NCBI GenBank assembly: GCA_009103225.1
Contig: RHPI01002090.1
Span: 1,101,932 to 1,165,931, forward strand
Source: Chlorokybus atmophyticus
Lineage: Eukaryota; Plantae; Mesostigma and Chlorokybus algae
Direction: 5' to 3'
DNA length: 64,000 nucleotides
Below, piece after piece: positions 11,780 through 21,544 of the stretch (positions within the stretch are counted from its first letter, which is position 1; each line of letters starts with the position of its first letter). Below the pieces are notes generated by a model. It was not told the origin of the DNA. It searched no databases and saw nothing but the letters and a program-made list of their open reading frames with translations. The position numbers and the translations under genes were made by a program.

Positions 11780-14700
11780 TCAGTAGGTGGCCTCTCTACG
11801 ATGCGCATCAGCTTGGGCTTTTTGTCTGTCTTGCGCTGCGCGCAGACAGTCTTTTGCCAACGCTAACCTATCCTGCATGGCCGAAGCCATCTCGCGCGCT
11901 GCAGGTACGCGAGTCACGTCAGTAGCGGGCAACTTAATGTTCGCAGGACTCAGTGGATGCACTCCGTAATTCAAGAAGAACGGAGTCTCCTGCACACTCT
12001 CTTGCCATGCATTATTGATCGCAAATTCAGCCATTGGGAGATAAATATCCCAATCACTCTGATTCGGGCTCACATAATGCCGGATGGTTTCCTCAATCAC
12101 TTGATTGGCGCGTTCTGTTTGACCATCCGTCTGTGGATGGTAAGCAGTGCTCATGTTCTGCTGAATGTGTAAGAAGCTGCATAGCGACTTCCAAAACTGA
12201 GCCACAAATCGCGGATCGCGATCTGACACGAAGTTGCGGGGCAAGCCATGCAACTTGAACACAGACGCGACAAAAACCATCGCCAACTCACGGGAGCCTA
12301 TCTCCGTGCGACAAGGGACAATGTGGACCATTTTTGTTAAACGATCCACGAAAACTGCAACCGCAGTGTGACCTAATGCTGTCTCTGGGAGCTCAGTAAT
12401 TAAGTCCATACTCACACTTTCCCATTTGCCATCAGGAACAGGCAAAGGTCGCAGCAACCCAGCGGGTTTCTGACGTAACGGCTTGTCACGCTGACATTTG
12501 TCACAGGTGTCAACATAACGCTTTACGTCAACAGGCAACGATGGCCACCAGTACAGCTGTTGCGCTGCCTTGGTAGTCTTGCGATTTCCAAAGTGCCCAG
12601 CGTACGGTGGGTCGTGTACATCAGCTATGCATTGCATGCGTAGCCCAGCATGGTCAGGTATCACCAAGCTAGCACCCATATAATACAAGTTGTCTCGTGC
12701 TTCAAGCTGTTGTATATTCTCTTGCCGTGAGAACCATGGGTCTAAGGAATACCCATGCAAAACAGATTGCACAAATGCATCATTAGCGGGCAATGTAACT
12801 TGCGTCGCAAGCAATTGCGCACGCATAACTGCCAATAATGACGGACAGCGACTTAAAGGATCTGCCACATTAGTTCTGCCAGGCCGATATACCCATTCAA
12901 AAGTAAATCGCGACAGAAACTCATTCCAGCGAGCTTGCCTACGTGACAAGGTCAGCTGCGTTGAGAAGTATACTAATGGGTTGTGATCAGTCACCACTGT
13001 GAACTGAACTCCCTCTAAGTAACATCGCCAAGTTTCGAGAGCATGTACGACACCAAGCAACTCTTGCTCAGTAGTAGTGTAGTTTACCTCCGCTGGGATA
13101 AACTTCCTACTTTCATAAGCACATGGTCTGCCGTCTTGCAGTAGTACTGCACCACACCCAAGGGTGGAAGCATCACTGACCACAGTGAAATGTTTATCCC
13201 AATTTGGCAATGCCAATACTGGAGCTGAAGTTAATGCTAACTTCACTTGTTGCATAGCAGCTTCTTGGTCTGACGTCCAAGAAAATGGCGCGTCCTTTCG
13301 CAACAATTTAGTCAAGGGCATTACAACTGTAGAATAACCCATCATAAATTTGCGAAAATAATTTGCCAATCCCAAAAATGATCTCAGTTGATGAATATTT
13401 TTGGGTTGAGGCCAATTCTTGACAACTTGCACCTTGCGAGGGTCAGGCTTTACACCCGCACCACTCACAACATGTCCCAAGAATGGTAACTCCGATTTGC
13501 AAAAGTCACATTTTGCAAGGCTGGCAAATAAATGATGCTTCCGCAACAAAGTAAACACCGCTTCTAAGTGTTGCTTATGTTCCTCTTTGGTTTTACTAAA
13601 GACAATAATGTCATCCAAGTAAACCATAACATACTTGCCAAGTATATTACCGAAAATTTTATTCATTTCCTTCTGAAACACAGCAGGCGCATTCGTCAAT
13701 CCAAAGGGTAGCACTTTGTATTGATAATGGCCCGAAGGTGTTCTGAAAGCTGTCTTATAGACATCAGCGGAATGAATTCGGATCTGATGATATCCACTTG
13801 TCAGGTCTAATGTACTGAAGTATGCATTACCTGATAGTTTATCAAACACGTCATCAATCCGTGGCAACGGGTATCGATTTTTCACCGTGATTTTGTTTAA
13901 AGCACGATAGTCCACACACATGCGCAATTTTCCATTCTTTTTCATCACAAATAGGATGGGTGCGCCAAAGGGTGAAGAACTTGGTTCAATCAATCCTTTT
14001 TCCAATAACTCCTTGATTTGTGTTTCCATTTCCCCCCTTTCTCTAGGGCTTAGCCTATATATTGGCCGAAAAGGAGGATCACTATCAGGAATTAATGGTA
14101 TAGTGTGTCCGACACCTCGGTCAGGAGGCAAGCCCGGCAACTCATCTGAGAACACATCTTGATATTCCTCAATGAGGTCTGCCACACCTTCAGTACTACC
14201 CGGCGCAATGTCATCTGATGAAGACAAATGTACCAGAAAAGCCGGTGTGTTTTTGCGCAACGCACGTTTCACCTGTAGTGCCGTGAGTAACGCAGGGTCG
14301 GGTTGCTTGAATTCCAAGCTATGCGACCCTTTCACAGACAATGTAATCCGCTTACCGCCTTTCTTTACTGTGCACAAGCGTGCACCCGTATCCAATGTCA
14401 TTGTGACATTATTTTGCCATTCTTGGCCTAGTACCACATCAACACCAGATATGTTGATTGCTACTACTATAAAGGCAAGATTGGCATAATAATTACCAAT
14501 TTTAACCTTCAATTTTACTTCTCCCGTCACTGGCAATGTACCCCCAGCACCGGCAGCCGAAAATGCTGAGGGTTTGCGCATGATTTTATTGCGCGCAACC
14601 CATTGCTCGTCCACGAAGTTGTGTGTCGCACCAGTGTCAATCAAAAACGAGCTATTCACACCTTGCATTGTGCCACTGAATGTCCACAACAAAGGTACCA

Positions 14701-15115
14701 CTCGTCCTTGAAAGGTAGCCAAGAATCCGTGACTAATGCGGGGGTTGATTAATATTGCTGATAATCGAATTGTCCCAGTCTCGCGCTTGGTGAATTGTTT
14801 TAAAACAGTACCCCCTCGAGTATACTTCAACCATGGGCCATGATATTTTGGCACCATTGCTACCACACTCAGGGATCTGTGTTTACATTGCAATTCACTC
14901 AATGTGTGCAACACGTCGGTAAGCATGTTAAATTTCACATGTACCAGTACACAAGTATTTGCTTCCACTGTTGCAACATCAAACAGTGGTAACTTGTGAT
15001 GTGTTTGCCATGCATGCGTCATTACATGCATTTGAGACAGATTATCAAACCAGTTAACTGCTTGTATCTCAAGCAACTGACTATCAACCTTTGCTACATC
15101 AGCCACAGCGTAATC
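11780..15115 (-). CDS. pol: Gypsy Pol: extra N-terminal domain, protease, RT, RNase H and integrase lacking its C-terminal extension
   Basis: Protease LIDTGATHNF; RT LRMCVDYRALN...YLDDII; RNase H SDAS...EQELL...TDH; integrase HDPPYAGH...CDKC and SMDLI...SDRD...TERAN. No internal stops. Confidence 0.95.
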   Translation of the reverse strand, partial: DYAVADVAKVDSQLLEIQAVNWFDNLSQMHVMTHAWQTHHKLPLFDVATVEANTCVLVHVKFNMLTDVLHTLSELQCKHRSLSVVAMVPKYHGPWLKYTRGGTVLKQFTKRETGTIRLSAILINPRISHGFLATFQGRVVPLLWTFSGTMQGVNSSFLIDTGATHNFVDEQWVARNKIMRKPSAFSAAGAGGTLPVTGEVKLKVKIGNYYANLAFIVVAINISGVDVVLGQEWQNNVTMTLDTGARLCTVKKGGKRITLSVKGSHSLEFKQPDPALLTALQVKRALRKNTPAFLVHLSSSDDIAPGSTEGVADLIEEYQDVFSDELPGLPPDRGVGHTIPLIPDSDPPFRPIYRLSPRERGEMETQIKELLEKGLIEPSSSPFGAPILFVMKKNGKLRMCVDYRALNKITVKNRYPLPRIDDVFDKLSGNAYFSTLDLTSGYHQIRIHSADVYKTAFRTPSGHYQYKVLPFGLTNAPAVFQKEMNKIFGNILGKYVMVYLDDIIVFSKTKEEHKQHLEAVFTLLRKHHLFASLAKCDFCKSELPFLGHVVSGAGVKPDPRKVQVVKNWPQPKNIHQLRSFLGLANYFRKFMMGYSTVVMPLTKLLRKDAPFSWTSDQEAAMQQVKLALTSAPVLALPNWDKHFTVVSDASTLGCGAVLLQDGRPCAYESRKFIPAEVNYTTTEQELLGVVHALETWRCYLEGVQFTVVTDHNPLVYFSTQLTLSRRQARWNEFLSRFTFEWVYRPGRTNVADPLSRCPSLLAVMRAQLLATQVTLPANDAFVQSVLHGYSLDPWFSRQENIQQLEARDNLYYMGASLVIPDHAGLRMQCIADVHDPPYAGHFGNRKTTKAAQQLYWWPSLPVDVKRYVDTCDKCQRDKPLRQKPAGLLRPLPVPDGKWESVSMDLITELPETALGHTAVAVFVDRLTKMVHIVPCRTEIGSRELAMVFVASVFKLHGLPRNFVSDRDPRFVAQFWKSLCSFLHIQQNMSTAYHPQTDGQTERANQVIEETIRHYVSPNQSDWDIYLPMAEFAINNAWQESVQETPFFLNYGVHPLSPANIKLPATDVTRVPAAREMASAMQDRLALAKDCLRAAQDRQKAQADAHRREATY

Positions 15116-16582
15116 CTATTCAACCTTCTTGGCTTTGCCCTTCGCCTTCGTAGGACAGGCCTTTGCAACGTGACCCGGCTGATGGCAGATGAAACAGGTG
15201 CGAGCTGCAGTAGGTGCATTACCAGCAGACGTACCACCAATTCGAGGAGCGAATGTCTTCGCTTTCTTCGCCACATGTACACTCGGCGGAGGATAGCGCT
15301 TTATTCCCCCCCCTTGCGGCTTGGCCATAGCTGTCACGTTCGACTTTTCCTGCACGACCGTGTCATCATTGTACAGGTAAACACTTAGCTTTTGCAGCTT
15401 GGCCAAGTCATCAGGAACCCAAGGAAGCCCCGTTGCAGTGTTGTACTGCAGCTGATCGCGAACACGCGCATCCAAGCCACGCTTGTACAACTCGAACTGC
15501 TCAGCTTTGTCCATAGGCATCAGGCCGCTATTGGCACGACCAACTAATGCTTGGAACTCCTGCAGATACACTGATGCTGCTCGACCATTCTGTCGCAACT
15601 TGCTAAGTTTGTTACGAGCCTGAGTAGCCGGATCCATGCCACCATAGCGCTCCATCAGAAACTGAAACAGTGCTGGTACTGTCTTCACAGCGCCATGCTC
15701 TGTTTGTCGTGCCCACTCGGCGAGAGCATCAGATGGCATAAGCAACTCAGCAACGGCAACGTGCTCACCCACCGGGCGCTTTAGCGCTGTCAGGTAATGT
15801 TCGACAGTCACCACCCAATCATGGATACTTACACTACCGTTAGGCTTGAACTTTTCAGGTTTGTTCAATGCCGTAACCGGCAGCCCCACTGATGCGCCAA
15901 CTGATGAAGCAGCACCCGCTACTTGCTGACGCAGCGCCATCAACTCAGATTGCATCGCATCGAGGCGTGCCTCCAACTTCACTCGGCCAGCCAACTTATT
16001 TTCCAAGTTAGGTCCCAAGTACCAGAACACATCCTTGCAACGCTGCTGCGTTTCAACCATCAAGTTGGCTAAGGCCTCAAACGCCATCCGCTTCCCTTCG
16101 TATGGGAGCGGCCTATCGTAGACGGCCATCAGAGCAGCCACTTTTGGATCACCACGCACGAGTGGCGGAACATTGTTCGTCAACTCGTGCTCAATCATGC
16201 GGATCACCATCTCCTTACTAGTGCGAGGGAGAGTGGCAAAATCTGTTTCATAGCCATTACGAACCTTCTGCGCCCATGCATCCCACACTTCTTGACGAAG
16301 CTGCGGGTGGGCGTCAAGTAAAGTCTTGCGCTCGCGCGCATACTTTTCAATGGCTCCGCCAATGACACTCGGTGTGTCCATTACAGCTGGCTCACTGTGG
16401 GTAGACAGGTCGGGGGAAGCTTCGCTATCTTGCTTAGCCTCTTCTTCCTTGTCACTGTCAGTGAGCTTATAGCTCTCACTCGTGTCCGAGTCCCTCACTT
16501 TGTCATCACTGGATGGCTCATATGAGGATGATGAATCAGGGACGGTGAAGTACTTTTCACCTCCCTCTCCTTGGTCAGACAT
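15116..16582 (-). CDS. gag: Gypsy Gag (about 488 aa) with acidic N-terminal extension and CCHC knuckle
   Basis: First ATG at 16582; capsid-like KPEKF...HDWV...EHYL; zinc knuckle CFICHQPGHVAKAC; ends at TAG 15118-15116. Confidence 0.9.
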   Translation of the reverse strand: MSDQGEGGEKYFTVPDSSSSYEPSSDDKVRDSDTSESYKLTDSDKEEEAKQDSEASPDLSTHSEPAVMDTPSVIGGAIEKYARERKTLLDAHPQLRQEVWDAWAQKVRNGYETDFATLPRTSKEMVIRMIEHELTNNVPPLVRGDPKVAALMAVYDRPLPYEGKRMAFEALANLMVETQQRCKDVFWYLGPNLENKLAGRVKLEARLDAMQSELMALRQQVAGAASSVGASVGLPVTALNKPEKFKPNGSVSIHDWVVTVEHYLTALKRPVGEHVAVAELLMPSDALAEWARQTEHGAVKTVPALFQFLMERYGGMDPATQARNKLSKLRQNGRAASVYLQEFQALVGRANSGLMPMDKAEQFELYKRGLDARVRDQLQYNTATGLPWVPDDLAKLQKLSVYLYNDDTVVQEKSNVTAMAKPQGGGIKRYPPPSVHVAKKAKTFAPRIGGTSAGNAPTAARTCFICHQPGHVAKACPTKAKGKAKKVE

Positions 16583-17193
16583 CTGCCCAAGGATAACACT
16601 GTTCAAATAGTGCACAAACACGGAAAGTTGTGCACTATGAAAACGTCGAATACTAGTGATTTTGTCCTGTCAAGTTTGGAGGGGTAAACGTGGAGTATTC
16701 AGCCCAAACAAGAGCTCTCCACACACCTCTCAACTAGACAATCACTGTGCAACAAACCGCACGCGAATGCACGCGACGGCTCACGAGCTATGGCTGCTCA
16801 AAGTTTTCACTTTGTACAACCCAGCTCAACTTACAATCACAATTGACACCCAAAGTGCCAAAATCTCGTTGAATCAGCCCTACAGGCCGATATCGACAAG
16901 TTGTGAGTTGTGAGTTTGATATCGACCGCACAGAAAAATTCTGGCGGCCTCACCGCACTGACTGGCGGTACCGAGACAGTCGATGTTGCCACCGAACTGC
17001 CCCCAAGGGAATTTATCCAAAAAAAATAGATAAAAAGCCCTTCACCACCACGAATCCACGTGGTTGTTAGCACACAAAAATTATAGTAAACAATATATGA
17101 TTACTATGTTATGTGCTTGGATGCAATGCTTCAGGGAGGGGCCTGGATGGCCGCCCCCCTTCACACAATAACAACTAAACTAGGACAAGTTAG

Positions 17194-17241
17194 GCATGGC
17201 ATGGCATGGCATGCATAGGCTAGGCTAGGCTAGGCTAGGCA
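17194..17241 (+). repeat. (GGCAT)n and (TAGGC)n pentamer runs in the Gypsy leader
   Basis: ggcatggcatggcatggcat...taggctaggctaggctaggctaggc. Confidence 0.85.
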
Positions 17242-17398
17242 CCAGCAGCAGCGTTTAACTACAACAGTTAAACCAAACAAAACTTTTAACTACCGCTAGT
17301 TTGCCGCCGCAGCGCCGCCTGCCGACGCAGTGCCTGCCGCCGCCCCTGCAGTGCCTGCCGCCTGCCGCCGCCCCTCCCACAGGCCCCTTGCCGCCCAT

Positions 17399-17410
17399 GC
17401 TCCGATACCA
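17399..17410 (-). promoter_or_regulatory. Primer binding site, tRNA-iMet type
   Basis: TGGTATCGGAGC one base after the 5' LTR; the canonical iMet PBS is TGGTATCAGAGC. Confidence 0.85.
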
Positions 17411-17411
17411 A

Positions 17412-17750
17412 TGTCAGGAGAGAGGGTGTGCCCCTCCTCCCTTTAATCCCCTACCCCAACACCACCACCAGCCTCGCCGCCGCCGCCGCCACTGCCGGGG
17501 CAGTTGCCAGAGCAAAAGATGCTCTGGCTATGGCGGCCGCTGCGTTAGCAGCGCCGCCATGCAGCTGATATAAACATGAGACTCATGTCTCATGTCGATA
17601 TCAGTGTTATAGTTAAGTAACACTACATTAGGGCCTTAACACTAGGTTAACGGCCCTACGAAGGCTTAATAGGCTGTATAATCCCGTTGGGACCCTTATT
17701 TAATCCTAAATAAGGGCGGGGAACCTCTATGGAGGTAGCACACCGTTATA
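17412..17750 (-). repeat. 5' LTR (339 bp)
   Basis: Matches the 3' LTR except for one extra CGC unit, CC>AA near 17572, and a TA instead of TG start. Confidence 0.95.
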
Positions 17751-18105
17751 AATGCGATGCTCTCCTACATATAATAGCAACTTTTGCTGCCATGGCCTGG
17801 TGGTTAAAGCGATGTTACACATAACTTACATTAGAGCTGCGCGAAGCAAACTCAGAAAATGATTGTGCTAGCACACACACAAAGCAGGCCGCACAGCAAG
17901 CAATCAAGGCGGGGGCCAAAACAGAGCTTACAGCTTACACAACTACCTTAACAACAACAACAACTACTACACTAGACCCTCGGGCAGGAACAAGCAGGGG
18001 AAGTGGCAAGACGACAGCAAGATTACCACCTGCAGAGCGCAGGGACATGCGTTATTTGTAATATGATTTTGTTGATATCGCTGCACACGCATTAAGTAGT
18101 GTTAA

Positions 18106-18750
18106 CACTAGGGATGTAAATGTACACTTAAGTGTACATGTACACTTAAGTGTACATTTAAATGGCCCTCCTTGGCACGGGCTTCATGGCCGGCGGTGAT
18201 GTGACAATGCAACATGTCACATCTCGTTGGATAGCTCTCGGCGTAACGTGTCGAGGAAAAGTAACCGCGTCGCAATCGGCGCAGAGGTTTGAAAGTAATA
18301 AATTTTAATGTCTGACACTGTGATTAGGGTTTGCTGAACGGACCCCGTCGAGGGACCCGTCGGGTTCACTCAAATAGGAATAATTTCTTATAGAGAAGGA
18401 ATCTTGTAACAAGTTACCAGCGAAAGTTGTTCTACTCGACGAGAGCTATCCAACGAGCTCATGAATGCCGCGGAATTCCTACAAATGCAGCCGTAACGAC
18501 GCTTTGAATGCCTTTGCATAACTGTACACAAAAGTGTACAGTGACTTTTGCCATTTTGGTCGCTTACCAAACTGTAACTTGTAACACAAGTGGCCAATCA
18601 AGCTACAACTTTGCACACTAGTTGTTTACAATGTTAGCAATGTGTGCACAAAGTGTTAGCTTGAAGTGTGAAGGTTTGCAATTGTTATAACAATGCCTAG
18701 CAGATGAGATAAATGTACACTTGAGTGTACATTTATCTACATCCCTAGTG
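18106..18750. mobile_element. Non-autonomous DNA transposon (MITE), piggyBac-like or hAT-like
   Basis: 13-bp perfect TIR CACTAGGGATGTA, TTAA on both sides (18102-18105 and 18751-18754), and subterminal palindromes ATGTACACTYAAGTGTACAT. No coding capacity seen. Confidence 0.8.
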
Positions 18751-20269
18751 TTAACCAACGAGCCTTTATTATTCAGATGAAATATGTAGTTAGCCTTATA
18801 GCTACGCATCAATTGCTATATTCATCATAGCGACACAATCGCACCACTTCCCCCGTGGGTAAAAAGTGACTGATAAGTGTGTGCGATCTAGCGCATTATC
18901 AATGCATATATGAATGTTATTCATGCTCGATATCAGTTGGTTCGTCATTGTGAGGTCCAATATGTATGTACATATGCAGGTGCACAGGCCTAGGCTCAGC
19001 ACATAGCAGGGTACGGACCATACGGTGAGTGAAGACATCAGATGGGTAAGGTCGCCACCAACACACATTTAATGGTGATGCGGGGTGCACTGCAAGTGCC
19101 CGCATACACAGTGTGGTGTGCATCAGGCATAGCCACTTATGGGTGTTTCATTAACGCCCCTTATACTTGGAGATTATCAATATGTGTTTGCCTATGCTGA
19201 ACTCAACTGCCTATGCATAACCGATACTTACATGTTTGTTATATACTTGCCGTTACCGGAAACCCTAACAAGTACAATTTATTGGCGGTGCCAATTGTAC
19301 GGTGGGGCATAGGCTATGTGCGTGGCTGCGGTTGCTAACGACGCTTTGGGGTTGTGGCAGGTGCGTTTGCTGCTGCCTCTACTGCTTTGCTGCCGTTGCA
19401 TTCACTTAGTGTTATCCTAGCCTAAGCCCCCTTGCCCCTGGTGCTAATGTGTTGATGTGAGCGGCCTTGTATTTGAGTGTGGCCTGTCCTTAAGTGTGTT
19501 AGCAAGGACTACATTGCACACAACCTGCTACATGGCTCCTACTTGCTCCCTCAAGGCTTCAGATGTATGTATGTAGCTCAACCACAACTTGTACATGCGA
19601 AAGATGTGATGTGCATAAAAGAACTGTTGCATTCGCTGTACATTGCATGCCATACACGATGCGTACCTTTCATTTGTCCGCACGTAACATAACGCATGAA
19701 GGCACACCATTTAAGAGTCTTAAAACGCCATTACGTGCAGAAAGGGCATGACACGTAGTCAGACACTATCGTTGAGACTAGGCAAGCGTGTCAGCACCGT
19801 ACCACTTGAAGTTGTGTGAATTTTCAGCATGGCGTTTTACGGAGTCTGTTACACAGAAGTTCAGATTAATCGGTGTAAGTGACATGCTGGTTTGAGCTAA
19901 TGATGACGTCATAAGCACTTGACTTTGCATCCTGCAAAGTGCATGTAAGTTACTCCTTCATGCCACGACCGACCAAAGTCATTGCACCAGCGCCTTGGGC
20001 CAAGGCCCTTGGCAGGTTGGCAGGCATAAACTTCACAGGTTAACTTGTCGGTTTGCGAAGCAGCAGCCACTGCATCCGCCCGCCACGTTTTCAGCATCCT
20101 TGAGAACTTGTACTCGAGAAAGCAGAGGACTTGTCACCTGGCTGAGGACGCTTCATTAGCCCCTGCCAACGAGATAACCTGTTTCTTCCACGGTTTCGCT
20201 TATTCACGTACATTTGTACCGCGACATGTGAGTAAGGTTGCACCAGTCTTGCTTAAACTTGCTTCATTC

Positions 20270-20716
20270 GCAGTGTCGTTGGCGGCGGCGGCGGTGTTGG
20301 TGGGCAGCATGGCGATGGTGTGGGTGTTATCAGTGGCGCTGTTGTTGTGCCCCTCTATTGCCGTTCAGTCGACCCGCCTTGCAGGTGATCACCAACATCG
20401 TGCGGGACGACCGACAGTGCTTCACCACCCCTTGCGGCGGATACAGCGTCAGCCCGGTAAGCTTTGCAGTTGCAGATACAAACAGCTGTACCACAAACCA
20501 TAGCATGCGTCTGTTCTACACGTGAGCGCATTGGTATGCCACACACAGGTAGCTGCACTCAGCTGCCTTGCTCGTCTCCTATGACCATGCACAGAGTCAC
20601 TCACACACGTGCACTCCATGCATCGCTATAAGGAACTCAGTGGCCTGAAGCGCCAAGAACAACGGCTGCCCCGAGTACAGATGCGACCCCGCGTTTGTGC
20701 CTCACACTTCTGTCGC
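20270..20716 (+). CDS. Possible small Cys-containing multi-exon gene; model unresolved
   Basis: Clean AG/GT-bounded exon VITNIVRDDRQCFTTPCGGYSVSP (about 20388-20457) and a downstream segment AKNNGCPEYRCDPAFVPHTSVA*. Exon phases could not be reconciled. Confidence 0.3.
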
Positions 20717-21544
20717 ATAGTAAGAAGTGGTCTCTTTTCCCTGAAAATGTGCTTACTCTAACCTGGTAAGGCAACCTGAGAAGAGCATGCTTCGTGCATA
20801 GCGCGCGTATGCTCTTGAGGATTTTGCACACTGCAAGTGTAGGTCGGACTGTTTTGAGACACTGTAAGCATAGGATGAGTGCATTGTGCATACCCCAGGT
20901 TTAAGCATTAGACAGGTCATTGAGTAAGAGCTCGTGCAGAGCAAGACCGCAAGTAGTGCTAGCCTCCTGCTGTGATCTGGTTGCAAGTTCGTATGCGCAG
21001 CTAAGGCTCAGGTTTCCATGCATTGCAGTTCAGAGTTGATGCTAATACTCACATAGTGTCGCGGAAGCATCACAACCTATCAGCAGTGTGAATACATCAG
21101 TACTTGCTACATGGAGCTATCAACTCGTGTGCGAGCACGCATGCATGCCCATGTAATCCCACACCGGTGACCGGGATGAGTATACAGTCGCCCACTCAAT
21201 GTAGCATGCTATCTCTTGTACATACTCGCACACTCTTATGCACATTCACGTACAAGCATGAGCACACACACACACAGCAAGATACACATGCTTGTACCAT
21301 CCGCATGCGCGACACAGCATGTGCACTTGCTATCTGCCTAAGCATGCACTGAAGATGCATGCACATATACATGGTATACGCACATATACATGCATCATGC
21401 ACATGTGTAAAAGCACACCACGCACGCATACTAGCAAGCTGTAACAGCGCAAAAAGAGACTACACCTGCCACGAGATGCTACCGCCAGTACAGTTGCAGT
21501 TTCAGGCATGTTCATACGCAGCACGACCTTTTGGTGCTGCTCAT

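Larger units (their letters stand above)
11413..17750 (-). mobile_element. Full-length Ty3/Gypsy LTR retrotransposon
   Basis: Two near-identical LTRs, 5-bp TSD AATGC (11408-11412 and 17751-17755), PBS, PPT, and gag then PR-RT-RH-IN order. Confidence 0.97.

Noticed and set aside
19261-19270. Telomere-like AAACCCTAA
   Set aside because: Single unit, not an array.
17860-19505. Weak inverted similarity between 17860-17930 and 19430-19505
   Set aside because: Low-complexity CA/GT-rich sequence; no convincing alignment by eye.
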